Source: Gemmatimonadales bacterium
GTDB taxonomy: Bacteria > Gemmatimonadota > Gemmatimonadetes > Gemmatimonadales > GWC2-71-9
Reading direction: 5' to 3'
DNA length: 64,000 bases
Assembly: GCA_044229445.1 (NCBI GenBank)
Contig: JBGASX010000012.1
Location: 4,671 to 68,670 of the forward strand
The notes under the pieces are model-generated. The model was not told where the DNA came from. It ran no database searches and saw only the letters and a list, made by a program, of their open reading frames with translations. The translations under genes and the position numbers were made by a program. Positions 25,522 through 38,631 of this stretch are shown piece after piece; positions within the stretch are counted from its first letter, which is position 1; every line of letters begins with the position of its first letter.

Positions 25522-26736
25522 TCACTGCATCTGGAGATTGACCCAGCCGTTCGTCACGTTGTTGTCGGCCCGGAGAATCCAGTTGTACCCGGGGTGGAAC
25601 TCTGCCACCACCTTGTCCTCCATGGCGTTCCCGATCAGATCGTCGTTGCTCTTGATCCAGCTCGCCAGTTTGGAGAGGAACTTTCTCAGCCCCTGAGCCG
25701 CCGCGAGGTAGCGCTTGACGCCGCCGGTGTCGACGGCTCCGGTGATGTCATGGTACAGCGGTCCGATGGTCCCGATGAACGCCGCCCAGCGATTCGAGTC
25801 GATCCGCATCTCGCAGGAGGTGTCGTCGTCCTCCATGGCCACGATCCGGAACACTTCGCCGGGGTGCGCCGCCTTGTAGCTGGCGATCTCCGCCGAACTG
25901 AACAGCATCACGTTGCCGGTCCAGTCGGTGCCCCCGTCCCAGTAGTACGGGGCCCCCTGGTGCTCCCCCGAGCACTGGTACTTGACCAGGGAGTCGGTGC
26001 TGCCTCGCTGCCCCATGATATGGATCTCAAATTCGGGACTCCCCTTCAACCAACCCTCAAAATCGTCGACGAAGTGGGCCTTCGTCATGTAGAGACCGGG
26101 GGCGGCGATGTTCCCGCTTCCCCCGCCGCCACCGCAGACGTCGCCGGGCACGCAGGTGACCGACGCCCGGACCGGGGGGCGATCGAAGTCCGTTTCCACC
26201 GGGACCACGGCGAGCACGGGTGTCTGCGGGGGACGGGTCGGATCGAGGAGGTGACGACCACCCTTGAGGTCGAAGGCGACGGGAAGTTCCCCATCCCGTG
26301 CCTGAGTCGCAACCAGCAGCCGGTCATCGCCGCGCCACTGGCGGCGGTGTTCGGGGTAGGGGAGATAGACCTCGAGCGGGCGGGTGACGCGAAGTACCGA
26401 GTCGGTCGTGGATTCCGATTCGCCATTCAGCTTCGCCAGCGCGTGGACCTCCCCCCGGCCTCCACCCTCGAGGGTGCGCTGCAGCTGGATCTTGCCCTCG
26501 GGGTAGGGCGAGTTGAGCAGTCGCCCGTACAGCCGGGCGCGGAAGGCGGGGTCATCGAGTGCCAGGGCCAGGCGGCGGGTGATACCCTCGAGTTGCCGGG
26601 TCTCGGCGGACACGGACAGCTGGGCACTCACTGCGGCGCCTCCCGGCGCGGTCGGGGTGCGAACCGGGTCGTCGGGGCCGCACGCCGCGAGCGCCAGGCT
26701 GGCGGCCAGGGCCAGTGACGCAGGATTCCGAATCAT
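25522..26736 (-). CDS. hypothetical lipoprotein
   Basis: The track ORF is trimmed to the ATG at 26736, which is preceded by GGAGGAAACG. The lipobox is LALAAC. No recognisable domain. Confidence 0.6.
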   Translation of the reverse strand: MIRNPASLALAASLALAACGPDDPVRTPTAPGGAAVSAQLSVSAETRQLEGITRRLALALDDPAFRARLYGRLLNSPYPEGKIQLQRTLEGGGRGEVHALAKLNGESESTTDSVLRVTRPLEVYLPYPEHRRQWRGDDRLLVATQARDGELPVAFDLKGGRHLLDPTRPPQTPVLAVVPVETDFDRPPVRASVTCVPGDVCGGGGGSGNIAAPGLYMTKAHFVDDFEGWLKGSPEFEIHIMGQRGSTDSLVKYQCSGEHQGAPYYWDGGTDWTGNVMLFSSAEIASYKAAHPGEVFRIVAMEDDDTSCEMRIDSNRWAAFIGTIGPLYHDITGAVDTGGVKRYLAAAQGLRKFLSKLASWIKSNDDLIGNAMEDKVVAEFHPGYNWILRADNNVTNGWVNLQMQ

Positions 26737-26915
26737 CGTTTCCTCCATGGCTTGGGATTGCGCCTGAGAGCGGCGCGGGACTGATCGCGGGGCCAAGGTA
26801 GGAAGCGGGTCTGTCTAGGTGCGGTACGGCGAAACGCATCGCGGTGCGAAGAACAACACGCGGTTTGCGGTGAGGCCGGCGGGGTCTAGCTTCCGAGCAA
26901 CCGCTGAGGAATCCC

Positions 26916-27872
26916 ATGATCTCGCTCGCCGATCTCGACGCCACCGCCCGGTTTCTCGCTCCCGTGCTGCCGCCGACGCCGACCATCGCCTGGCCGCTGC
27001 TCGGGTCGCGCTACGGTGCGGAGGTGTGGGTGAAACACGAGAACCATCTGCCGACGGGCGCCTTCAAGGTGCGCGGCGGCCTGGTGTATCTCGATCGGCT
27101 CCGCGCGGAGCAGTCCACACTTGCCGGCGTGATTACCGCGACCAGGGGAAATCACGGCCAGAGCATCGCGTTCGCTGCGGCTCGACTGGGGATGCGCGCC
27201 GTGATCGTGGTGCCGCACGGAAACGGCCAGGAGAAGAACGCGGCGATCCGCGCCCTCGGCGGGGAACTGGTCGAGGAAGGGCACGACTTCCAGGCGGCGC
27301 GCGAGTACGCCGTGGCGCGCGCTGCGCGGGAGGGGTTGCACATGATTCCCTCCTGGCACCCGCACCTGGTCCGTGGGGTGGCGACCTACGGGCTCGAGTG
27401 GCTGCGCGCGGTGCCGGACCTCGACACCGTCTATGTACCGATCGGGATGGGCTCGGGCATCTGCGGCGTCAGTGCGGCACGGGACGCGCTCGGCGCCCGT
27501 ACCCGGATCGTGGGCGTCGTCGCCGAGGGTGCACCGGCGTATGCCCTGTCGTTCGCGAAGGGTGAGGTGGTCGCGACCGCGCGTGCGGACACGATGGCCG
27601 ACGGGATCGCGACGCGGTCACCCGATCCCGATGCGCTCGCCGTGATCCGGCGGGGGGTGGAGCGAATCGTGACCGTGACCGAGGCCGGCATCGCCGAGGC
27701 GATGCGGGCGTGCTTCAGCGACGTGCATCAGGTGGCCGAGGGAGCCGCGGCGGCGGGGTTGGCGGCGCTGGCCCAGGAGCGGGCGACGATGCGGGGTCGC
27801 AAGGTCGGAGTGGTGCTCAGCGGGGGAAATGTGGACCGGAACCTGTACGCGAGGATACTGTCAGACGGCTAG
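26916..27872 (+). CDS. PLP-dependent threonine/serine dehydratase family protein
   Basis: 318-aa ORF with the PLP-lysine motif TGAFKVRGG, plus TATRGNHGQS and GMGSGICG (fold type II PLP enzymes). Confidence 0.8.
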   Translation: MISLADLDATARFLAPVLPPTPTIAWPLLGSRYGAEVWVKHENHLPTGAFKVRGGLVYLDRLRAEQSTLAGVITATRGNHGQSIAFAAARLGMRAVIVVPHGNGQEKNAAIRALGGELVEEGHDFQAAREYAVARAAREGLHMIPSWHPHLVRGVATYGLEWLRAVPDLDTVYVPIGMGSGICGVSAARDALGARTRIVGVVAEGAPAYALSFAKGEVVATARADTMADGIATRSPDPDALAVIRRGVERIVTVTEAGIAEAMRACFSDVHQVAEGAAAAGLAALAQERATMRGRKVGVVLSGGNVDRNLYARILSDG

Positions 27873-27967
27873 TTCCGAGTACCGAGTACCGTGTGCCGAG
27901 TTCCAGGTTCCGAGAAGAAGTTCCGCGCGCTGGGAACCCGGAACTCGGAACTCGGAACTCAAAACTC
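27871..27967. repeat. inverted arrays of heptamer repeats in a convergent intergenic region
   Basis: The left arm carries CCGAGTA x2, then CCGAGTTCC and GGTTCCGAG. The right arm carries GGAACTC x3 (27940-27960) plus AAAACTC. GGAACTC is the reverse complement of GAGTTCC. The centre is GTTCC-gcgcgctg-GGAAC. Confidence 0.5.
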
Positions 27968-29714
27968 CATTCCCTCCACCTTCTTGAGGCCGAGTCTGAT
28001 CGGGACGATCGTCATGGTCAGGCAGATGACGACCACGGCGAGCAGCGACCCGATCATCCATGGCCCGGCTGTCGGCTCCTTCCCGTTCAGTTGCGCCCGC
28101 AGGTATCCCAGCACCGGTGTCGCCTCCAGCACCAGGACGATACCGAGCAGCACGATCGCTGACATCATGAAGACCATGCCGCCGAAGCTGGTGGGGATCT
28201 GCGCGGCGTTCTCGGTGTCGAACCGCGGGTAGAGGGCGCCGAAGCCGAGGGCCATCGCGCTGATCGCGAAGGTGAGCAGCACGATGGTACCGAGGCTGAT
28301 CGCCATCATGAACGGCGAGGCCTGCAGCAGCACGTTGGTGCTGAAGGTGATGGCCACCGCGAGGGGCGAGGCCTGCAGCAGCACGTTGGTGCTGAAGGTG
28401 ATGGCCACCGCGAGGATCAGCAGCGGAATCGTCCCCGTCCAGTACTTGCTCCAGAGCAGCGCCTTGAGGTCGAGCGGGCTCGAGCGGAGCAGCCACATCT
28501 GCTTGCCCTCGAGCGAGACCGCGGGAAAGACGAAGCGCGCGGCCACCGCGGCGAGCACGAAGCCCGCGAGTCCGAGATTCAGGAACACGACCAGCGTGAC
28601 GAGGAAGACGGGGACGGTCTCGCCCGAGAAGAGCGGGAGCGTCTTGATGTTGAAGACGTAAACCACGAGCAGGACCGCCAGCAGGATGAGCTGGCTCCAC
28701 TGGGTGGTGTCCCGGAAGAACACCCGGAGATCCTTGAGGATGAACTCGCGGCGGGACGGCGGCATGCGGCGGAAGACCCGGCCCAGCAGCCCCGACCAGG
28801 CGCGCCCGCGGACGAAGCGTTCCGCCCCCTCCTGTGCCTTGGAGAATCCGGCGTGGTACAGTCGTCCGTGCAGCATCGCGCCGAGGACGACGAAGGCCGC
28901 CGCGGTGGTCCAGAGCAGGACGATTGGCAGCGGATCCGCCACATGCTGCAGCCAGTTCATCACCATGCCCGTGGCCCACTCGCTGGGCAGGAAGGGGCTG
29001 GTCGGCGTGCGGAGGGCGGAGAGGTAGTCGAGCAGGTTGCGCACCCCCTCGGGGCGCGCGAGCTGCTCGGGGCGGATGAGCCGGAAGAGCAGCACCAGGC
29101 CGCCGAAGGCCCCGATCGCGATCAGGCTCAGCAGGTCGCGGGTGCGGCGAGCGGGGAAGACGTTTACCAGGATCAGCGTGATCGCCGAACCCAGGACGCA
29201 GGGGAGAATGAAGTAGGGCAGCAGGGCCGCCACGACGACCAGCGGGAACAGCACGCCACCGTTGAAGACCATCCCGTAGGCCGTGAAGATCGGCACCGCC
29301 ATCAGCACGACCATCCAGGAGGAATGCAGCAGCGTCTCGCCCAGCTTGGCGAAGTACAGCCGCAGCCAGTCGGTCGGGGAGGAGACCAGCAGGTCGAGGT
29401 CCTTCGCCAGGAAGAAGCTCGACAGGGCGGTGATCAGGTTGGACAGCAGAAGCAGCGACGCGAAGGCGAGCAGGATGATGCCGAGAAACTTTCCCGCGAG
29501 CGGCACGCCGACTTCGGTGGTCGACTGGATGTAGCGGAGAATCTTGTACGACAGCCCGAAGACCGCCGCCCAGAAGCCCAGCGCGACCAGCGCGAGGAGA
29601 TAGAACTTGCCGTTGCCGCCGGAGCGCTCCTGCTGCAGGCGGTTGAGCGCGCTCCGCCACTTCGGGACCAGGATGGTCTGGAGGCTCGGCTGGGGGATGG
29701 CGGGGGCCGTCATG

Positions 29715-29734
<20 letters not shown>
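27959..29734 (-). CDS. large polytopic membrane protein, putative permease partner of the adjacent ABC ATPase
   Basis: 591-aa ORF with many hydrophobic helices. Its start overlaps the stop of the upstream ATPase gene. Confidence 0.7.
28314..28415. repeat. perfect 51-bp x2 in-frame tandem duplication inside the permease CDS
   Basis: 28314-28364 and 28365-28415 are identical (GGCGAGGCCTGCAGCAGCACGTTGGTGCTGAAGGTGATGGCCACCGCGAGG). The protein reads LAVAITFSTNVLLQASP twice in a row. Confidence 0.9.
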
Positions 29735-30469
<735 letters not shown>

Positions 30470-30473
<4 letters not shown>

Positions 30474-31978
30474 CGCGTCTCCTCGAGGACATCCAGGTAC
30501 AGCCGCCCCGCGCGCAGGGCCAGATCGAGCTGCCGCGCATTCCCCCCGGTCCACAGCCGGATTCGTGCCGTGGACGGGCTCGCGCCGGGATCCGCCGGAT
30601 CGGCCGGAGTCCAGGTACCCGTCCAGATCTCGGCCCACTCGCGGAGCTGCCACCGGCCGTTCACCCGCACCAGGCCAGAGACCATTCTGCTCTCCATCCC
30701 TGCCGACCGGGCGAGGGCGACCAGCACTCGGATGCGCTCGCCCGGCGTGCCGCTCCGCAACTCGTAGGCGCGGACCGCACTCCATGTGCCGGATCCCACC
30801 CTTGGACGTATCGACCGCCGCACCCAATCGCTGAGTGCCTGGACGACCCGCGCGGGATCCCGTTCCCGTCCGGCGGTCAATGCCGCCGCGCGGGCCAGTC
30901 CAGGGTCATCTGCTCCCAGGAGCGGATCGGCGAGCACGGCCGCCTCCGGAGCGGAATCGGTTGCACTGCGCGCCATGATCTCGAGGGTGTCGCCCCGTCG
31001 CGATTGCCATCCCTCGTCGAGCGCCGGCAGAACTTTCGGGAGCATCCCGGGCGGCATCAGCCGGACGACCACGACCACCCGCTTTGCCGGTTCGGCGGCG
31101 CCCTCGCGGACGGAATAGTTCGGCGCCGCCGCGCTGGTGTCCCACACCGGGATGGGAAGTGCGCGGAAGTTGCTGTTCACGAGTTCGAACGCCGACCGGT
31201 CGAGCACCGCACCCAGCGGGTGCTGCAGTCGGACGGTCATCCCCGAGGCGTCGATCCACTGCAGCACGGGCAGGCCGTGTTCGAGCCGTTCAAGCCGCCA
31301 GGCCCGCACGGTATCCGAGTGGACCGCGGTCCAGCGTTTGATCGACGCATTGAATTCGGCACTGTCCGGCACGGTGAACAGCGACTCCGCCGCGACGGTG
31401 AGATGCTCCACTCGCAGTTCATGGTCGAGCGCATCATAGATCTCGACGTTGAGCCTGCTGCCGGTACGCGGCAGGCCACGCGAGGCGGCCACCAGCGGGA
31501 TCGCCGAGGGCAGCACCACGGGGCGGCGCAGCCTGACCACCAGGGTTTCGGGCGACTCGCCCTCACCGCTGTTGACGACCCGGAGGAGGGTGTCGCCACT
31601 CACCTCGCCATTCGAGGTGCTGCGCCCCAGTTCGGTGAGCAGGCGCGTGCTCCAGCGCCGGAGCTGCAGCGCGCGGGAATACAGGGCCTCGGTGCGGGCA
31701 CTGGTCCGGCGAGGGACTCCGGGCTGGCCGGGAGGGAGGTCGATCGTCGTGAGCTCGACGACCCGAAGGCCCTCGGGTACGGTGTCGATGGCGAGGGAGG
31801 CGATGCCGTATTGCCGGCCGCCAATGCGCAGTGCATGGAATGCCGATCCGGGCGGGACTGGCCAGCGAGGCGTGTCCGACTCTCGCGGCGCGCTCAGGTA
31901 GTGCCGTTGCACGAGCCAGCCTAGCGCGGAGAACCAGGCCAGCAGAATGACGGTCGCGGCAGTGCGGCGATTCATCAC
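30470..31978 (-). CDS. membrane-anchored protein with C-terminal transglutaminase-like domain lacking the catalytic Cys/His
   Basis: 502-aa ORF with an N-terminal TM helix (AATVILLAWFSALGWLV). The C-terminus SGTPGERIRVLVALARSAGMESRMVSGL...REWAEIWTGTWTPADP follows the pattern G-x-C...ARxxGIPARxVxG...HAWxE...DPT, but with Cys and His substituted. Confidence 0.5.
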
Positions 31979-32475
31979 GATGGGTTCGGCAGCAACGGCT
32001 CGATGGCCCCGCGCTGGCCGGCGTGGTCGAGCACGATCTGCAACTCGGCCGGGAAGCCCGTGGCGCCGGCGCGGTCGCGAAAGGTCTCGACCAGGGCGAC
32101 GGCTGCTTCCTCAAGCGACAGCGCGCTGCCGCCGAGGCCTGTGAGCGCGGCCGCGACGGTGGTGAGCTGCCATCCCTCGGCACGATGCCAGGCGGAGGTC
32201 AGGGCCTTGCGGATCGTGTCCCTGGACGCGGTGCGGTCCTCACCCTGCACCACGATGTGCAGCACGAATTCGGCGGCGAGTTCTCCCCCGCCGGTGATCA
32301 CGGCCGATCCGACTTCGAGCGCCGCCTGCACCCGGCGCTGCTCGGCGAAGCGATCACCGGCCGCGCGGTCCAGCGCCTCGCTGGTGCTGCCGATCGGCCG
32401 AAGATGATCGTCCGCGCTGCGCACGATTGCGTCCACCGGCAGATCGGCGAGGGCGCGTTCGACGAGGCGAATCAC
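31975..32475 (-). CDS. macro-domain-like protein
   Basis: 166-aa ORF. The order VDAIVRSADDHL...ALDRAAG...GSAVITGGGELAAEFVLHIV resembles the macro (ADP-ribose binding) domain motif order. This is a by-eye assignment. Confidence 0.5.
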   Translation of the reverse strand: MIRLVERALADLPVDAIVRSADDHLRPIGSTSEALDRAAGDRFAEQRRVQAALEVGSAVITGGGELAAEFVLHIVVQGEDRTASRDTIRKALTSAWHRAEGWQLTTVAAALTGLGGSALSLEEAAVALVETFRDRAGATGFPAELQIVLDHAGQRGAIEPLLPNPS

Positions 32476-33263
32476 GCGTCGCCGACCTCGCGCGCGCGGC
32501 GATACATCGCCTGCGCATCATCGGGCTTGCCCATCCGGTCGAGCACCCGGCCGAGCAGCCGGTAGGTGCGTCCGTGATCGGGCCCGTACTGGGCCGCCTG
32601 CTCGAGGGCCGCGCGGGCCCCGGGAAGGTCGCCCGCCTGGTTGAGCGCCTCGCCCAGATAGTAGAAGGCCGTGGCGTTCTGCGGTTCGAGCTGGAGCGCG
32701 CGCCGGAGCGCTTCCGCGGCATCCTTGGGCCGGCCCTTGCGCCAGAGGACCAGGCCGAGAGTCATGTGCCCCTGGACATGATCGGGGTCGAACCGGAGCG
32801 CCCGCCGGAGATCGGTCTCCGCCTCGCCATACTGCTTGAGGCGCCCGTGAATGGCGCCGCGGGAGACGAGCATGTTCACGTCGTCCGGCGCCACCTTGAG
32901 CGCGGCGGAGAGCTGCTCCAGTGCCTCGGCCGGATCGCCGGTGGTCTCGAGGAGGGCGGAGAGATTGTTGCGGGCGGCGACGTGGCCGGGATCGAGCGCG
33001 AGCAGCTCGCGATAGCGATGGATCGCTTCGCTCACCCGGCCGCGGCTCGCCGCTTCGACCGCACGGCGGTAGAGCCGCTCCACCGGTGACTCGTCGGTCC
33101 GTGCCTCCGTCGCGACCAGGTCGTCCTGGGGTACCTCGGCGGCAAAGGGCCGCAGCGGGTACCCCGAGTCGGGGGTATCCGGTGCCGGATCCGCCTCGAC
33201 ACCCGAGGTGCCGAAGAGGTCGTCCAGCATCGATTCGAGGCCGGTGGCTCGGTGCGGTGACAT
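32472..33263 (-). CDS. TPR-repeat protein
   Basis: 263-aa ORF with consecutive 34-residue TPR units (e.g. AEALRRALQLEPQNATAFYYLGEALNQAGDLPGA). Confidence 0.75.
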   Translation of the reverse strand: MSPHRATGLESMLDDLFGTSGVEADPAPDTPDSGYPLRPFAAEVPQDDLVATEARTDESPVERLYRRAVEAASRGRVSEAIHRYRELLALDPGHVAARNNLSALLETTGDPAEALEQLSAALKVAPDDVNMLVSRGAIHGRLKQYGEAETDLRRALRFDPDHVQGHMTLGLVLWRKGRPKDAAEALRRALQLEPQNATAFYYLGEALNQAGDLPGARAALEQAAQYGPDHGRTYRLLGRVLDRMGKPDDAQAMYRRAREVGDA

Positions 33264-33427
33264 GGGCCTCGGCCCTCAGGCAGACATGGTCTTGAACGAT
33301 CGGAACATGGGCACCCTCAATGATCACCACCCCCGGGTATTGGCGGTAGCTCTTGGCCGGGATCGGTCCCCGGGTGCTACCCGGCGGAGTTGAACCCGGT
33401 CCATCGCCGGGGTACGTTCCCCTGCTT

Positions 33428-36286
<2,859 letters not shown>

Positions 36287-36348
36287 GGCCGAAACGAATC
36301 GCCCGCCGTTCCGTCGTTACCGCGTCCCGAACCCGGAGCCTCCCAGCC

Positions 36349-38631
36349 GTGCGCCGTCCCGTTCTGCTGCTGCTCGCCGCCGCCACGCTGCTCGCCTCCG
36401 CGCCAGCCTCGGCCCAGGTTCCCGATTCCTCGCTCCTCTCGGTCGCTCGGATCTACGGGTCGGCCGAGTTCCGCTCCGAATCCTTCGGCCCGGCCCGCTG
36501 GCTGGCGAAGGGTGCGGCCTACACGACCCTCGAACCATCGGCCGAGCGGAAGGGCAGCCAGGACCTGGTGCGCTACGACACTCAGTCAGGCGCCCGGACG
36601 ATTCTGGTCGCCGCCAGGCGCCTGATCCCCGCCCGCGATACCGCGCCGCTGACCGTCGAGGACTACCGCTGGTCCGATGATGAGCGGCAGCTCCTGATCT
36701 TCACCAACTCGAAGCCGGTCTGGCGCCAGAATACCCGGGGCGACTACTGGGTCCTCGATCTCCGCACCTGGCGTCTGCGGAAGCTGGGTGGCCTCCGCGC
36801 CAAGCCGTCGACGCTGATGTTCGCCAAGTTCTCGCCTGACGGCCGGCGCGTCGGCTATGTGCGCGAGCACAACCTCTTCGTCGAGGACCTCGCCACCGGG
36901 CGGATCACGCAGCTCACCCGGGACGGCACTCGCACGGTCATCAACGGCACCTTCGACTGGGTGTACGAGGAGGAACTCGGCGATCGCGATGGCTGGCGCT
37001 GGAGTCCGGACGGGCGGACGATCGCCTTCTGGCAGCTCGACGCCGACAAGGTTCGCGACTTCATCCTGCTCAACGACACCGATTCCCTCTATCCGCAGGT
37101 CAACCGGATCCAGTACCCCAAGGCCGGCGAGGCGAACTCCGCCGCCCGGGTCGGCGTGGTGCCGGCGATCGGCGGGAAGGTGACCTGGTTCGCGATTCCG
37201 GGCGATCCCCGCAATAACTACCTCGCCCGCATGGAGTGGGCCGCCTCGAGTGATGAGGTGATCATCCAGCACCTCAACCGGCTGCAGGACACGAACACCG
37301 TCTATCTCGGCGAGCGGAAGACCGGGGCGGTGCGGCCGGTGCTCGTCGAATCGGACAGCGCCTGGGTGGATGTGGTGGATGCGACGCCGTGGGTGGCCGG
37401 CGGCACGAGCTTTATCTGGCAGAGCGAGCGCGACGGCTGGCGCCACATCTACAGCGTGTCGCGCGATGGCGCCAGGGTCCGGCTGCTGACGCCCGGTGCG
37501 TTCGACGTGGCCTCGGTGGCCGCCGTCGACGACGCGGGAGGCTGGCTCTACTACGTGGCCTCGCCTGACAATCCCGCGCAGCGCTATCTCTACCGGGTGC
37601 GACTGGACGGCACCGGCGCCGCCGAGCGGGTCACCCCGGCCGATCAGCCGGGCACCCACGGGTACAACATCGCCCCCGATGCGAAGGTGGCCTTCCATAC
37701 CTGGTCCCGCTTCGATGCCCCCCCGGTCACCGAGCTGATCCGCCTTCCGGAGCACTCCTCGGCGCGGACGCTGGTGGCGAACACGACGCTCAAGGCACGG
37801 GTCGCCGCCCTTCGCCGTGGACCCGTGGAGTTCTTCGCCGTGGATGTCGGGGATGGAGTGAAGCTCAACGGCTGGGTCATGAAGCCGGCCGACTTCAACC
37901 CCTCGCGCAAGTATCCCCTGTTCTTTACCAACTACGGAGGGCCCGGCTCGCAGACGGTGCTCGACAGCTGGGGCGGGTCAGGCTATCTCTGGAACCTGCT
38001 GCTCACCCAGAAGGGCTACCTGGTGGCGAGCGTCGACAATCGCGGGACGGGGATGCGCGGCCGAGCCTGGCGGAAGATCGTGTACCGGCGCCTAGGCGTC
38101 ATCGAGACGCAGGATCAGGCCAACGCGGCGCGGGCGATGGGGCGCTGGAGTTACGTCGACTCCACCCGAATCGGTGTCTTCGGCTGGAGCTACGGAGGCT
38201 TCATGAGTCTCAACGGCCTCTTCCAGGCGCCGGACGTCTACCGCATGGCCATCGCCGTCGCACCGGTCACCCACTGGAAGTTCTACGACAACATCTATAC
38301 CGAACGGTACAACGGGCTGCCACAGGACAACTCCGAGGGATACGACAAGGGGTCGCCGCTCAGCTACGTGGACCAGATGAAGGGCCGTCTCCTCCTGGTG
38401 CACGGGACGGGGGATGACAACGTGCACTACCAGAACACCGAGGCCCTGCAGAATGCGCTCGTGAAGGCGGGCAAGTCGTATGACTTCATGAGCTATCCGA
38501 ACCGGAACCACGGGATTTTCGGGGGCAACACCACCCTGCATCTGCGGGAGATGCTGACGCGCTTCGTCGACGAGACCCTCGGTCCGCCGCTGGTCCTGCC
38601 GCACACGGAACCCGCGCCACTCACCAACTGA
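36349..38631 (+). CDS. dipeptidyl-peptidase IV-type S9B serine peptidase
   Basis: 760-aa ORF with a signal peptide, a DPP-IV N-terminal beta-propeller-like region (FDWVYEEE) and a C-terminal hydrolase with GWSYGG plus a GTGDDNVH...NH triad context. Confidence 0.9.
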   Translation: MRRPVLLLLAAATLLASAPASAQVPDSSLLSVARIYGSAEFRSESFGPARWLAKGAAYTTLEPSAERKGSQDLVRYDTQSGARTILVAARRLIPARDTAPLTVEDYRWSDDERQLLIFTNSKPVWRQNTRGDYWVLDLRTWRLRKLGGLRAKPSTLMFAKFSPDGRRVGYVREHNLFVEDLATGRITQLTRDGTRTVINGTFDWVYEEELGDRDGWRWSPDGRTIAFWQLDADKVRDFILLNDTDSLYPQVNRIQYPKAGEANSAARVGVVPAIGGKVTWFAIPGDPRNNYLARMEWAASSDEVIIQHLNRLQDTNTVYLGERKTGAVRPVLVESDSAWVDVVDATPWVAGGTSFIWQSERDGWRHIYSVSRDGARVRLLTPGAFDVASVAAVDDAGGWLYYVASPDNPAQRYLYRVRLDGTGAAERVTPADQPGTHGYNIAPDAKVAFHTWSRFDAPPVTELIRLPEHSSARTLVANTTLKARVAALRRGPVEFFAVDVGDGVKLNGWVMKPADFNPSRKYPLFFTNYGGPGSQTVLDSWGGSGYLWNLLLTQKGYLVASVDNRGTGMRGRAWRKIVYRRLGVIETQDQANAARAMGRWSYVDSTRIGVFGWSYGGFMSLNGLFQAPDVYRMAIAVAPVTHWKFYDNIYTERYNGLPQDNSEGYDKGSPLSYVDQMKGRLLLVHGTGDDNVHYQNTEALQNALVKAGKSYDFMSYPNRNHGIFGGNTTLHLREMLTRFVDETLGPPLVLPHTEPAPLTN

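Noticed and set aside
33264-33427. Possible SOS (LexA) box upstream of uvrA (TTGAACGATCGGAACA).
   Set aside because: The two halves are direct (GAAC...GAAC) rather than the inverted GAAC-n4-GTTC of Cheo-type boxes. There is no match to the CTGT-n8-ACAG type either, so the evidence is insufficient.
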